NCBI RefSeq assembly: GCF_006345805.1 | Contig: NC_042997.1 | Location: 122,884,001-122,948,000 of the forward strand | Source of the DNA: Octopus sinensis | Taxonomy: Eukaryota | Length of the DNA: 64,000 nt | Reading direction: 5' to 3' | In this document: piece after piece, positions 40,420 to 55,447 of the stretch | How positions within the stretch are numbered: the stretch's first letter is position 1 | How the letters are laid out: the number at the start of each line of letters is the position of its first letter | Notes under the pieces: model-generated | What the model was told of the DNA's origin: nothing | Databases searched by the model: none | The model's input: the letters and a program-made list of their open reading frames with translations, nothing else | Translations under genes and position numbers: made by a program

Positions 40420-41020
40420 TTAATGGTGCTTCCTTGTTCATTGCTAGTGTTTCTAGGATCCATGTGTTGGGAATACTATCAAAAGCCTTTCAATAATCGA
40501 TCCAATACATGCTTAGACTTTTTTCTTTCTCTTCAGCTGTCTTCCGTAATTGCTTTATTGATCCTTACATCCGTACGAGCACTTGCAGCATCCCTTCTGC
40601 TCTTCTGCAAACAAGTTCTTTACTTCCAGATTTTTGCAGTAAAAGCTTTGTAAATTATACGGAGAGAAGTTATTGGTCTGTAGTTTTGTGGGTTTGGAAT
40701 TGAACAATTCGTTTTCTTGAAAGAAACGTTGGCATTTATCATACTGGCAGATTCTTTGTTCTTTGGCGAAGATATCTTGCTTTACGTCTAGTATACCTTG
40801 TTCTGAAACTTTTATATTTCTTTTCTTGTTGCTTAGTAGTGTTGTATGCCTACTAATTTTGTCAAGGATAGACAGATCCTTTGTATTATTTTCTTTTTTT
40901 CTGGATATTATTTATCTACAAGGTTTGTTTGGTTGGCAGTAATCCTATTTGGATGGATTTGATGGAGTATCCAGCTTCTTTCGCGGCAACACAAGCTGCT
41001 GCATATATTATATAATTTAC
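40420..41020 (-). mobile_element. Degenerate R4/Dong-type reverse transcriptase fragment
   Basis: PQNYRPITSL, FAEEQKGC..SYGCKDQ, LSMYWIDY*KAFDSIP.TWI. Confidence 0.8.
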
Positions 41021-41069
41021 CTTGTTTTTACCGACATTCGAGTTAGTGATTATTAGTTCTGTGATGCTC

Positions 41070-41211
41070 CAGCAAATCGACCACCAGCACTTATTCTTTG
41101 TAAGCCTAGTACTTATTCTATCGGCCTCTTTTACCGAACCGCTAAGTTACGGGGACGTAAACACACCATCATCGGTTGACAAGCAATGTTGGTGGGGGTA
41201 CAAACACAGAC
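41070..41211 (-). mobile_element. 3' half of SINE family B
   Basis: Matches 6,960-7,100. Confidence 0.85.
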
Positions 41212-41630
41212 TGCACCTTTCGAACATATAAATGATCAGCTTTAAAACCTTTAATATCCACAACGTCTGTGAATACCTATCCTCTCCTTTCTCCCAGAGT
41301 ATTCGAAAATGTAAACATCGTCTTTATTCCACGAACACGACAGTTTTCTCTGTTCGGATAGACAAACGAACATCTTCAGTAAATTTTAAAACCTTAATAT
41401 CCAGAATTTTCTGTGAAAATGTTACCTTCCGTTTCCTTCCTTTCCTTTCTCTCTGAGTATTCGAGCATGTAAACATCCTTTTTATTGCAAAAACACTACA
41501 GTCCTCCCTAAACGGATATACTAACGAACATCTCAAAAAATTTAGCAACTTTAATATCTCCAATTTTGTGTGAACATTTCATCTTTCCTTTTTCTCTGAC
41601 TACTCGAATAATTAAATATGCCTATTATTA

Positions 41631-41696
<66 letters not shown>

Positions 41697-41711
41697 GCTG
41701 TTGTTGTTGTT

Positions 41712-42250
41712 GTGTGAGAGAGCAGTGCATGCTATCAAAGTGTCACTGGGGTAAAATATAGGAAGCCAAGGATAGCCATCGTGACTAACCGTCTGATAAG
41801 GGTACACAAGGCACATGCATCACAACTATATGTGCGCAACACGGTGATCCCATATGACCTTGCAGGCGGAGTTCAGTTAGAATTTTCTTCAGATCGAGTA
41901 GCCTATCCCGCTCAAAAGGTCCCTGAATAAAGGCTGTTTAAGGATGATGAACGAAACACCGATGTTTGGAGAGGTGAATTATTCAAACCCCAAAGAATCC
42001 CTCTCAAAACATGGCTATGATGCTCCCCCACTACTTCTGCCCGTGATCAGAGATGCGCATATCCTCAGCCACTAAGAGACATGGTCAACTGGTTATGGTC
42101 CAACAACTGGCAAACAAATATGTGGTATTGAGCAGAATATTTGCTGTAGGCCATCTTTTATACCAAGACAAAACAATGTACAAGATAACACTTGCATTCA
42201 GTTAAGATCAGAAACCACGAGAGCCACTGCCTGGTGCTGCATCAGGGCAT
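41712..42250 (-). mobile_element. About 540-bp interspersed repeat with an (AAT)n tail, probably a retroposon 3' segment
   Basis: Bounded by (ATT)n at 41,626-41,700 and 42,253-42,293; recognised from memory as a common octopus repeat; family unassigned. Confidence 0.5.
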
Positions 42251-42789
42251 TAATTATTATTATTATTATTATCATTATTATTATTATTATTATGTTTCAT
42301 TATTTCTTTCTATTCATTGTTGGGATGCTATTTCCTTATTACTAAGTTGGTCAATGTGGCTGAACATGTAAACATGTGGCTAGGAAGCACATAGACACAT
42401 CTGCGCCTACATGTTTGTGTGTCTGCGTATGTGTCCCTGCATGTGTGAGTGTGTGTTTGTGCATGTGCGTACGTCGTTGCGTTTGTATTTGCATGCACAC
42501 GTACACACACATACACATACAAATGACATGACTTAACGTGTAGGATTAATTTTCACACATCATATGAGACGTTGTTTGTTAAAACACTTCTTTCATGAAA
42601 CTAACACCTCATGTGTTTTAGTTATTTCAGTGGAATTATTTGACTCGTGATTGCTATAATATTTACATTCCTCACGTTTTATAAATCAATATTGTTTCTT
42701 TATATATTTATATGTATGTCAACTGATACACAGAAATTAGATATGAACACCTGTATATCATAGTTTTTGTACAGTTTCCTTTCTCCATT

Positions 42790-42875
42790 TCTGTATATAT
42801 GTGTGTGTCTGTGTGTCAATATATATATATATATATATATATAAATATATGCATGTATATATATGTACACACACA

Positions 42876-42937
<62 letters not shown>

Positions 42938-42953
42938 ATATATACATATATAG

Positions 42954-42986
<33 letters not shown>

Positions 42987-43021
42987 GATATATATATATA
43001 TATATATATACATATATAGTT

Positions 43022-43076
<55 letters not shown>

Positions 43077-43300
43077 TATACGTATATATGTACATACATA
43101 TAAATATATATACATATGCATAAGCACCTATATATATCCAAAAGAACGCGACAGAGCGAGGGTGAGAGGATGACAGATAGTTGGATAGATATAGATATAT
43201 ACTTATACATATACATGCATGGATATGTATATATCAATGAATATATATATGGATATGTGTGTGCGTATACGCGTATACATATATATGTTTGTGTGTGTGT
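42790..43300. repeat. Large compound (TA)/(CA)/(TG) microsatellite field
   Basis: Direct reading. Confidence 0.95.
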
Positions 43301-43974
43301 GTCTTGACAGAGAAGGAAGTGCAGAGTTATGGAGATAGGGAGAGATGACAGGTTTAAGAAAGGGAGTGAAGTGAACAAATGATTAATATAGAAACAATTA
43401 TATGAGTGTTCATTGTATTAGTAAATAGCTGTTGACAAGCATACAAGTATATCAACGAAAATCTAATATTGATTCACTTAGACATGAATGTAGGAAAATA
43501 TAAATAGTATTGTATTTTTTCTTGTTATTTTCCTCATTATTATTTTCCTTATATTTTAGTGTGTCAATGCATCGTTTCTCTCTTTCAGGGCTTTGTCGTG
43601 TTTATGTAATCGGGAAGAATGAAATTGTTGAGGAGTTCTCAACAAACTCATAACATGTTATTTTTTTTCTGCAGCAGGTTTATCTGTGTGCTTGTTCATG
43701 TTTTACATTCGTCGTTTCGCGAATGTTTTTTTCTGTAATTTATATGCTATGTCACCGAGAGGAAATCTACGCTGACCTTAAACCATTTTATTTTCTGATG
43801 TAGCATTGTCAATAAGATTCATTGTAAACATGTAGTTTCCATGAGAATCTTGCCTGCATTAGTGTATGTAGTACGCACTTCGTTTACAGACCAATAAACT
43901 CTCGCAGACGTTGATATCAGCAACAATAATTGAATTCTGGGAATATGGATTGGTCAGTGCAAAGTTAAAATATA

Positions 43975-44539
43975 TTGGCTTGTCCGGAAAGTTCATGTCG
44001 ACATTTAAAGGAAAGGAAAAAGTCAATAAATACTTGCCATTATATTAGTAATCAACCAAATATGAACCATGTTTTGCACAAAGCGTCTCCTTCTTTCCTT
44101 TAACTTGAAAATACCCTCTTCCAAGAATTGAGGTGGTTACGTGGCAAAGAATTCATCAAGGTATCTTTGTACATGATCCAAGGAATTGAAACTTTTACCA
44201 TTAAGACTATTCTGAAGAGACCTGTATAAGTGGAAATCCGAAGGAGCAATATCTGGTGAATATAGAGGGTGAGGTAACACATCCCAGGCGAACTGCAGCA
44301 AGTTTTGTCAGGTTCCCAAAGCATCAAGTGCCGATAATGAACTTTCTTATCTTCCATTTTAATAGGTTACAGAATGAACATAGGTTATAGGAACATAAAC
44401 CTTCTTCCAAGAAAAGATAGCTTCAACTGTGCTCTAAAGGAATGTGCAGTCAAATCTTATTTTATGGACTCAACCATGTTCTAAAATAACTCGAAATATA
44501 AGCTACTATAAATCGGCTCGAACTTTCCGGACAACCCAA
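43975..44539 (-). mobile_element. Internally deleted mariner element
   Basis: TIRs ttgg(c/g)ttgtccggaaagttc, TA duplication on both sides; N-terminus MEDKKVHYRHLMLWE joined to C-terminal WDVLPHPLYSPDIAPSDFHLYRSLQN. Confidence 0.92.
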
Positions 44540-47500
44540 TATTTTAAGTGAAAATTCATATACGTTTGTCATTATTCGTTCGCAACACCTGGGTATGTTG
44601 CACATGCATTCATACATAACTCTTTGTGTTGAATGAGCCATGTAGATACAAATTCTGTAAAGATCTTTGGATAAGAATGAACGGTGACATATGAATAATT
44701 AATTTGGTCAACTCATATCTCTCTTTCAGGAAGTTTTCCAAAACTCATCTCTCTGTGCCTTGTAAACGATTTTAGAATATAAATTGAAATTTTCCCCAAC
44801 GATTATATTAATGTGTATTGACTTTGTCGATGGTAGCTGCTAGGCGCAATCACATGACCTGCAAAACACTGGTTATATACTCAGATTTTATCCATAACCA
44901 TTGGCTTTCTCTTAAAGGAATAACTTAGATTTACGTCCAAAGAGTGCAAGCTAATTTTTCTCTTTGGAATATTGATATTAATCATTGAAAATTCGTTGGT
45001 TGCCCCTTAGCCACAGAAGGTACATCTCCAAGATGACAGGCTTTAGAACTGAACACAAATCATGCATTGAGATTGAATCTTATTAAATAGTCAATATTTG
45101 CCCTTTTAGAGAAATAGAAAAGCAAATTGTATTGTTTTTCTATATTTCTGGGTTTATTACATTGCGCCAGAAAATCAAAAATAAAATTATTGCGTATTTG
45201 GAATGAAATTCTCTGGTTCCCTGTTATTACATGAAAATATTATTAGTTTCGATAAGAAATTGATTAATTTCTAAAGAAATACAAGATAACTATATTGATA
45301 GTGATTCGACATTGCACTTAAATTCTGAGTTCACAAAATGAAAACGCTGCAGCAAATAACAAACAATAGAATTAATATCGATTGTTAATTGTGTTTCCTA
45401 ATTAACAACACACGTGTTTTATTCATGGCTTTATTTTAACTTTGAATATTCTATAATAAAATATATAATGATGATGAAATAAATATTCTAATAATTAATT
45501 TGAAATTTTTTGTTGCAATTATGACGCTACTATACGTCGTCTGAAGTCAAATGTTTTTTCAAAATTATATAGATACTAAATTTGTCATTGATATTGTCTA
45601 CGATGTAACACATCCCTTTCTTCCCGCCATCCAACCCTCTCTCTCTCTCTCTCCCTCTCTGTATTTCTTTCTTCCGTCGTCTGGCTCAACAGTTTCATTT
45701 TCCCAGTATTTGAACATTAATTGTTTTTGAAATCGCATTCCTTTATCAGAATATAAATCTATTCACATATTTCCTGTCATAATTCAACTCATCTATAGCG
45801 TTTCTGCTGCTGGGAATTGTTGGATTATTGTTTTTGCTTGTAAAATTTATCTAAAAAACCACACCGATTTTCCTAAATTTTTGTTTTTCTGTAGTAAATA
45901 AAATAAAATTTTAGGAAATGTTGAATTTGCGAGAGTAAAATGGAAAATACTGCTAAAAGATCAGTTGATCATATATATTCTAATATTAAAAAAATTTCAC
46001 AGAAATAGGAAATAATAAACTTTCGGACTAAATGGTAAATAATAATATTGAGCAGAATTTTAGTCTTATCTGATGAAATATGATCTTAAGTGGAAACAAT
46101 TTAGCGACATTTCTTTTGAAGTAGTATCTAAAATAATCTATCATAGTTTGATTTTATTAAAGATAAGACTTATCGCGTGACAGTGTCTCATATATCTAAA
46201 ATTAAAAAAACATACCTTAACAAAATGACATACAAATGTGTGGAGGTCATGTGAAATAGCCGAAACTGAAACTCATAATATTGTCTTTCATTGTCTATAA
46301 GAAATGAGTACTTTATTGGACTGTTTCAAATTAATTATGCCTGAATATGTAACGAAGTTGAACTTGGATTAAAGATTTTCATGATCGATTCAATCTTCTG
46401 ATGGTCATATGCCAGTTTTGTTTCTTAATTTGTAGCATACATAATTAACCTCTTCATAAATATCATCTCAGTATTATTTTGTCGTTCATCGTTATGAAAT
46501 TTAGAAAACGACACCAAATCTACCAAATGCAAGTTATATTTCTATAATATATTTAAGTCTCCTCAAATTTTACTCGAGCAAATTACTCAGGACAAGTTTC
46601 ATGCATAAAAGAATTTGTCAAGAATGAAAGTGATACTTAACGTCATTATTCTTACTCAATAACGATATTATTCTCACCCAATATTTTTTGAATTCTACAG
46701 AGGATCAACTTACGTCCAAAATAGCTTTAAAATAGCCCATTGGCCAGGAGTAGTGTGCATGCATTCTGTGAAACCCTTTAACCTTCAATATCGTAATCAA
46801 TCCATGAAGCTGTGTTAGTTAACTACAGGTCTAGCTGTACTATATTGAAGGTATATTTAGTAAATTTAAAACATTTGGCATGGACAACTGGACCAAATCG
46901 GTAGAGGAAGGTGCTTCTAAAATCAAAATGAAAAACAACTATTATGCGTGTTCTTCTGTTATGTTGGAACAAGCCCACGTTGAGGATACTTCTTCTGTAC
47001 AAAAAGTCACGTGCAGTAACAGTAATTCAAATCGAGTAGAACATCTATGGAGAAGGATTCGTAATCTAAACGATAGATTTCATTGTAAAAGTGAATGCCA
47101 TAAATCGTGGCCTGAATCGTGAAAATAATAACTATCTGAAAGTAGGTATCATTTGATTACTAAACATAAATTAATGTTGTATTCTATTTTCGCGGATTTT
47201 GTGATATGCCTACTTAGAAAAACATCTCAACCAAGGGAGATCTGGGGGTTTTAGCAGATTCCTAATGACAGTTCTTAAAAATATTATAACAGATAATGAA
47301 TGTGGATGTAAGGATTCAGAAATCTAATGATCACAGTACTGTGAACCAATAACCGGGAAACCAAATATGTATTCCAAATGTGACGATTCAATTAATAATA
47401 GATCAGATTCTATGAGCGTCGTTGATCATGAATGTATTTTTTGTGATCGAACGATTAATAAAAGATTTATTTGGATGGTCTGAAGTATTGAGGGGCAGTC

Positions 47501-47957
47501 GACAAAACGAGGCTGTCATCAGTGTTTAAGCAATCCTGGATGATCAATTACAACAATGCATCTCGTCCCGAGACAATTATCTCTGTAGCTTTGGCAATGC
47601 ACAAAACGTATATTGCATCATCGGTATTCCCTCATTCTGGCTTGTGTGGTAATTTGTAATTCCAAAGTCGAATATTAGTATCAAAGTTTGCTGATTTCAA
47701 ATGACAGAAATGTTCAAAGAAAAACTCCCTACAGAGATTGTCTATAGCACTTGAGACATGCCTGCAAGACACGTTCCAGAAACTGAAAAAAAATAATAAA
47801 AGCAGTCAAGGGCTAGGTATCGTTAAGGAAAACAAGGTGGAGGAGGCATATTTAGTTAACACGAAAGGAAAGGATTTATAGGTTTAGTATTTACTGAAGG
47901 CAAAGTTGACCTTGGCGGAATTTAAACTTAACATTTTGGCAGTCTAAATACATATTT

Positions 47958-48165
47958 CTATTTCTTTACTACCCACAAGGCGCTAAACAAAGAGGAGACA
48001 AACAAGGATATACAGACGGGTTAAGTCGATTATATCGACCCCAGTGCGTAACTGGTACTTATTTAATCGACCCCGAAATGATGAAAGGCAAAGTCGACCT
48101 CGGCGGAATTTGAACTCAGAACGAAGCGGCAGACTAAATACCGCTAACGATTCTGCCAGCTCGCC
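47958..48165 (-). mobile_element. tRNA-SINE family A
   Basis: Reverse complement matches 9,056-9,253; a partial fragment lies at about 47,895-47,950. Confidence 0.9.
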
Positions 48166-50961
48166 ACTTCTATATTTACTGGAACTAATATCGTATTCTA
48201 TTTGAAATATTCCAGGAAATTTCCATGAACTACCCCGATAATTTGACGTCCTATATGCCGTAATGTATTTGCTTCAAATCATATTTCTGTACGTAGAAAT
48301 CGATGCTTATATAAATTTCGTTAGTTTTGTAACTATCGTTTCATTGCTTGGGAGTTTTTAAATGATTAATGTTTAATTAGATTTAAAATACAAGTGCTTC
48401 TCAATTTATTCTTTCTATGGTTGACTGACTACGAAACATCTTTAAAAATTGTTTATGCGCATAAATGACCGATAAATGCAGCGTATATGAATGCTAGAAG
48501 CTGCGTTATTATTCCACATTATTTACGACAATTAAAATCTTTCTTCATGTGAAGAGTTTTTTTTTTCTGAAATCACAGAAAATCAATAACGTATAAAAGT
48601 TAATAGTATTTTAATTAAAACATATCTGATGTGAAAGAAAAAGCAAACAGCTCATCATTCTCTATGTAAACTAGTAAATATCTCTTATGTTTCCGTTTGC
48701 ATGATATAGTTTCGGTCTGTAGCAATTTTGTTTAATCATCTGGTGTAGCATTATACTTTAACATATTTCTAGTTATTCGCTAAAACACACCTGGATTCTG
48801 AATTCTTTCTTAAGGTAATGACGTTTTATATAGCCTTCCTTTTGTAAAGAAATATAAAAAGCTAATAAAGATTAAATGTTAGGAAGCCAAAACAATACTT
48901 GGTTATCTAGTTGCTTTGATGATGGTTATGATGGTTTCTATTTCTAAACATTGAAGATATCGATTATTTAAAAATTTTCACAAATTCAGTTATTTGGAGT
49001 TTCGAAATTTTTCATTTTATAGAATTTTATTTCCCTCCTTGTAACCTTTTCACTTTTACTTTTCTTTTTGTGAATTTCGAAAATTTTCCGAAAAATTAAT
49101 CGAAAAAGAAAGATTAAAATAAAAAAAAAATACTAATAATTGCTCTTTTTATTTGAAAAATCATGATATCAGATGGTTAAGAAAAATCTGCGAAAATTTT
49201 CAAATAATTGAACACTACAGAAAATTAAGGGAGCAGCATGCTTCTTAGGACAGAGTTCTCATCTGCAATTCTTACCACATGTCTATCCAAATAATTTTCT
49301 GTTTCAACTGTACATGATTTCCACTAGCATCAACGAAATAAGAATTGTTTTACAGAATTTAAATACAAACAATAAAAATATTGTCAATTAATGGAGAATA
49401 TAGAAAATAATTTGGTTCTATTGAAAAGTCGAAATTAATAGCGAAATGCTTCTAATAAAACGGCGGCAAATAAATTGCTTCCTTTCACAATATAAGTTTT
49501 AACTTTTATACATCATTTCATGTTGCAATATGCATTTACCTCTTGGCAGGACAGAGTAACGCAATAAGGAGTGTTAATGAAAATATATATTATCAACTGC
49601 ACCAAAAGATTTGCAGAAAGTTGAACATATTCATTTCCTTGAACATATCCGTAAATGGCATATCATCTTGAATTGTTTATACACAAGACAAGTTTCATCT
49701 CAGTAAATCTCTACCTCCGAAATCAAAAAAATTCCAAAAAAAGTCCGTCGCAACGCATATTTATTGAGCAATGGCACAAGTTCTTTTAATATTATGCTTG
49801 ATAAATTATACATATTTTCACCTGGACTAGGAATGACTTAAAATGATCAGCGTGGAGAAAATGAAGAAACTGTAGCGCTGCTGAGTGTAATTAAATATGA
49901 ATGTTAAATGAGGATACAAGTAAAATTCACGTGTCAGCAGAACAAGACAAATGTGATAAAGAAAAAATGAGACTCGTTAAGGTTAGCATATACTAAATAT
50001 GCTATCCTTTTATGGTCATTATTCTGCATATTTACTCGTAATAATACCGTTTCTTTTATAATATCTGAAAAATACACAAATTGTCGTATAGTACACCATT
50101 ATTTGCCGGACTACATTTCATAATCTAATCGTTTCAGCTCAACCAGTTGTTATATAAATCCTGTTCGTTTTCTGACTATCTTTTTATTCACTGGCAGTTG
50201 TTAAGTGGTGTATGTTTAATTAGATTCAAAATACGAGTGCTTCTCAATTTATTACTTTTTGGTATTTATGCGCATAGACAGACATATATTAAATGTGTAG
50301 GTAAAGCCTAATAAAACTAAACAAAATGCGATTATGATTTCAATTCCATAGGAATATTCTACAGCATATTACGGCAAGAAGATTTTTGTGAAAGAAATGA
50401 AGGATCAATATTTTAAAATTTTATTTTTAAATATTGAAAAAGTTAATTAAAATACTTTTAATTACATATGAAAAATGGCACTGCTTCTCAGTTGATATAG
50501 GAATCGTATGTAAATATTATTTGTGATTTAATTCTTATGACAGATTATTTGATTAGCGAAAGTAAGAGGGATTCCATTCCTCTATTGTATGTTATCGTAC
50601 GTTTCACATAATACGCGGTTAACAATTTTCTTCGAAATGGAATTAAATGAACATCCGTAAAGAAAATATTCCTGCAAGAAACATAAGGCTTCCATAATGA
50701 GAGAAGTAATTAATGCTTATGCATTGGGGTATGTGCAGATAGATTAATTACTGAGTTCATATTCATGCAACTTTAATCGAAGTAATGTTATAAGGTATTT
50801 TTGAATAACAGGTCTATGTCCAAGGGAATAGGGAGATACACAGAAAGCTATAATTAAGTTATATAATGTAAATCAGATGTGAGATAAAACTAATATACAC
50901 ATTGCGTAATTGATAATCAGCTCTTATAAATATATGTTCGGTCGTAGTTTTATATATTACA

Positions 50962-51474
50962 CTAGCAGTATCGCCCGGCGTTGCTCGAGTTTGTAAGGGA
51001 AATAACTATATAAGCATTTTTAGAGAGTTACTTCCCTTATAGATGCCAATTCGGGCTTTCTTAGCCATTTCTGTTTTGGTGTCTTCAAGCCATGAAGTCG
51101 ATGTTCTAAAAGAACGCTGGTCTCCTTGACAACGCTTTACGACGTTGATTTCCTTACACTCCCTTCCCCACAGCTTCACGTAGGAGGGAAGAAGGGGAAG
51201 AAGCAAACAGGTGCAGGTGTGACCATGGACGCCAACTCCGCCGCCATCGACACACGAAAAATTATGCATTAAAATGGAATCAAAAATGATGTTAAATTAT
51301 TTTAAAATCGTAGACTCATCGTAGACGCGCGCTAATACTCAGAAGGGCTCGATATGAATCACGACTATAAGATACCCGAATTTGGTTAAACTGCACCGCA
51401 AAATGTGGGAGTAGTTAGGAATCTAAATCGAAGGGGATAGACACTCACACAACTACAGTTTTATATATATATAT
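50962..51474 (-). mobile_element. Non-autonomous Helitron, same family as 20,978
   Basis: Same CTAG 3' end with hairpin and same 5' block; different internal module. Confidence 0.8.
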
Positions 51475-51944
51475 GTCAAATATGTGATTTTAAACGTACA
51501 ATTCCATATTATACGTTATACCTTGTAAGATGATTGTATTTTTTTTCTATAGAATTAAAGCTAGTACTGAGAATTATGACGTTTCATATACGAATGCGTC
51601 TATGTAAACAAAGCGATTGAAGTTAGAAAAATAAGCAATATATATGCATATTTCGGGACTTATTGTTCTTTCCTCCGCATCACATCGAACTAATTAACAA
51701 TCCAAGGATACATAGCTTAACTAGCCTCTAAGTTTAATGGTATAACTCTTTTGGATAAACCAGTTACATATTAAGCACGTTCCTGTTACGAACATACTAT
51801 TTGCTGGTAGGACACAGCATTTCGTTTTCCAATCATGATATACAACGAAGTATTCCTACTTTTGTGATAGTAATGTGTTGTTTTTGTTTTAATTTTATTT
51901 CTCCAGAATTTCTTTAGAATTTAAAGCCAGCACTGAAAGTTACG

Positions 51945-52415
51945 ATGTCCATGCAAGCAATGCTATTGACATTGGATATGTCGGTATTATAGAATCAAAT
52001 CTGCTGACAGCATCACTCTGAGGTCGTAACTTAAGGAGAAAATATAACGATTCTTTGGGAATTACCAGTATGTACAGACAGTACCATCAAAACTAATGGT
52101 CCTGATATTGTTGTGATAGACCAATTCAATAAAGTCTATTTATTGATTGAAATGAACATACGTTGTGATCATAATATCTAGGCGAAAGAATTTGATAAGC
52201 CCCAAAATATGAAGATTTACTGATCGAAATCCAAAAGATGTGGCATCTAAACACAGTTACAATCCAAGTGATTGTAGTAGCACTTGGACAGATGAAAAAA
52301 AAGAACTGAAAATTATTTGAGCATTATTCTTTGCTTACCTTTCATATAAGAAGTGCAAGAGATTGTTTTAACTGGTATGTCACGCTTCTTGCGAAGAAGA
52401 TTGTCGCTGTGAATT
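51945..52415 (+). mobile_element. Degraded R4/Dong-type endonuclease C-terminus
   Basis: TIKTNGPDIVVID..KYEDLLIEIQKMWHLNTVTIQVIVVALG across stops. Confidence 0.75.
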
Positions 52416-52640
52416 TTCTTTCCTTTTTTCTCTGTATTTTCATGGTTTACTTCTTTTCATTTATATTTTTTTTCACTTTTCCTCTTTGTCTTTCTTCCCT
52501 CTTTTCTCTATCAGATGACCTTGTAAATTAATAATCTGGTGTGTTCGTCTAATGGCCTACCAATGTATTCAGTGAAGTTCTCTACCCTAAGTGTCACGAA
52601 GACACTCGGCAAGAGATGGAAACACAATCGAAAAAGGGAG

Positions 52641-52641
<1 letters not shown>

Positions 52642-52706
<65 letters not shown>
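52642..52706. repeat. (TAA)n microsatellite
   Basis: Direct reading. Confidence 0.98.
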
Positions 52707-52708
<2 letters not shown>

Positions 52709-53200
52709 GGTAGGAAAAAGACATGAAGAATTACACAAGAGGGACTACATAATGAATTCCATATAGCCACAACAGAAGATGCTGGAAAAATAGGTGGGAT
52801 TGGTTAATGAAAGGAACACTAGAAAAAGAGACTAATAGCTCTATACTGACAGCGCAAGACCACACAGTGGCCACGAGTTGGAAGGTGAAGCTTAGGATTG
52901 TGCCAGTGTCTCTGTTGCGCTGCATCTGCAATAGAGTTGATGATATCATTGTCCATAATACGAACGAAGTCCCAAGACTTGCCCAAAACCAGTACAAGTT
53001 ACGGCGACATGACAAGATAGCGAAAGTTCCATAATGGAATTTGTTTGAAAAGTGGGGGCTAGAGAGAGGCAAGACATGATATCAGCACAAATCGCAGAGA
53101 GAAGCGGAGTTGGAGACTAGCGAAATCGTCCAGAATTTCTCAATCAAAACGGATCAGGTGCCAGAGCATAACAGAGTGGCCCTAGTTGTGAACAAAGTGC
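52707..53200 (+). mobile_element. Degraded R4/Dong-type fragment (post-RT linker and zinc-knuckle region)
   Basis: WLMKGTLEKETNSSILTAQD...PRLAQNQYKLRRHDKIAK. Confidence 0.75.
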
Positions 53201-54320
53201 ACCACATATGCTATATATTTAAGGCTGCATTCACTTTTGACCCACGAAAAGTCAAGAGTAAGATTGTTGAGGTGGAAGTGGTGGGGGTGGGCATAGTGGT
53301 GGTGGTGATTGTGGTGTTGGTGGTGGTGGTAGTAATGATGATATTAACATTGTTATAGTTCTTATGAAATATGCATATATGTGTATATACACACGCATAT
53401 ATATATATATACACACACGTACACATATACATATATGTATATACATACATATAAAAAACATATATACATACGTATACGCGTGTGTGTGCGTGAGTGTGTG
53501 TGCGTGCGTGTGCGTGTGTGTGTGCGTGTATTTGTTCAACTAAGCAGTAAGCACATATACTACTGTTTGTACATATTACGTGAGCGCGTTCGAGTGGGGT
53601 GCCAAAGGAATACATCTCGCCATTTTGCGTTACAGAGTGTAATCTCCAATAATCTTTAATGCTTCCTAGCAGTTCTTTTGGTGCAGAGAAACAAGTAGCT
53701 TCTACTTTTGAGGTCGCTTATTCACTTCTAAACTTCGGATTAATAATGGATCACAGTTAGAGATTCATAATATAGAAGAGAGTAGAAATTATCCCGAAGA
53801 GACATGAAACGAAGCGTGGAATGTGTTCTATATGATTTCAGTATTTATGTTGTTAGTTGTCTGCATGTTGCTGCTATTTTAGTAATGCTTTTACAATACT
53901 CTCTGTTGGATATGCCAATTTTAAAGTATGTGAAAGTTCTCAGGGAATTAGTCATTGAAGATTCTATTAAGAAAGAAAATGTCACAGAAATTATAACAAT
54001 GAGTAATCGCCTCTGGAGTGTCCGCTGATAAAAATCATAGTTATTGATATTTTACACGAACAGGTTGATTTGAATTCTATCCCTTAAAAGCGATACATTT
54101 ACTTCACTATCGTAGCGATTAGGGCCGTATCATGTAGTTACTGTTATACGGTATAAGTGATACCGTCTAAAGCGTAGATATATCCAACACATGTAACAGT
54201 TGTTTTAACACGTGTTTATACAAAGCTAAGTGGAAAACGTATACACAGTACACACACTCAGATACACACAAATACACACTCACACACTGACATGAACGCA
54301 CAACACATACGCATATATAT

Positions 54321-54394
<74 letters not shown>

Positions 54395-54489
54395 GTATGT
54401 ATATGTGTGAGGGTGTTTATGTACTATTTTACTTGTTTCAGTCATTTGACTGTGGCCATGCTAGAGTACAATACAAATATATTTATATT

Positions 54490-55310
54490 TTTTTATCAGC
54501 TTCAGCTCAAAGCAGGGAACATGCTGGGGCACTGCCATTTTGCTACACTGTTATTATTAAAAGCTTGCTCTGATATGTGGTATTTGGTTGCAGTAACTAG
54601 TCCTGAAACGCGACGTCATTGCTGGGATCTTTGGTACCATGCAGGGGCGACATGTTCTGGTATTTTTGCAGCTCTCAATGCCAACATTTGGCACAATCCC
54701 TACTAGCATATTTCAGATATATTAATGCATATTTCTCTCGCTTTCTTCCCGGGAAGTAAAGACTTAGCTGGTTCAGGATTTCCCAGTAGCAGAGCTGTTG
54801 CAATGAGACGATCTTCTTCGTGAAGCTTCGCTGAGTTGCTTCAAGGTCCGCTGTTAATTTTACAATGTTGTGGTGACGATAGCTTGGAATAGTAGTCGAG
54901 GCGGCTGATGAGAAAAAGTCCTCCAGAGGACCATCATGGTTTCTTTCTCTCTGGTTCCGAAGGTTCTCGGGATCCATCTATTCAGCCATCTGCACTTTGT
55001 GTCTATCTTGCTAATGTGTACTTGGAAAGAGGTATCATCACTCATGTCGATAATCAGGTTCCGCACTGATTTAGGTTCTAGAATAGTAATCCCCTGTAGG
55101 CCAGTGTACTCTGTAAGTTTCACGCTGTTTTGGGCACAGGTAGCACAGGGTTTGGGATATATACAGCTGGTGCAGGCTTTCCCAGTAGCAAATGCTGGAA
55201 TGAGACAATCTTCTTCGTGAAGCTTCGCTGAGTTGCTTCAAGGTCTATATTGAGTTAGTCAGGCTCATTACTGAGAGTCTACGTTCTTAAACCGGAATCT
55301 CTGAGCTAAT
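54490..55310 (-). mobile_element. 5'-truncated, internally duplicated CR1/L2-group LINE, same family as 58.9-62.8 kb
   Basis: ETMMVLWRT and DLEATQRSFTKKI motifs; 3' tail ggcagtgccccagcatg; segment 54,779-54,848 is repeated at 55,178-55,246. Confidence 0.85.
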
Positions 55311-55320
55311 TGGGTTCTTC

Positions 55321-55358
<38 letters not shown>

Positions 55359-55401
55359 GTGTGTGTGTGTGTGTATGTATGTATATATGTATGTATATGT
55401 A

Positions 55402-55447
<46 letters not shown>

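Noticed and set aside
46880-47122. NRVEHLWRRI resembling the Tc1 NPIEHLW motif
   Set aside because: No other transposase motifs or TIRs nearby.
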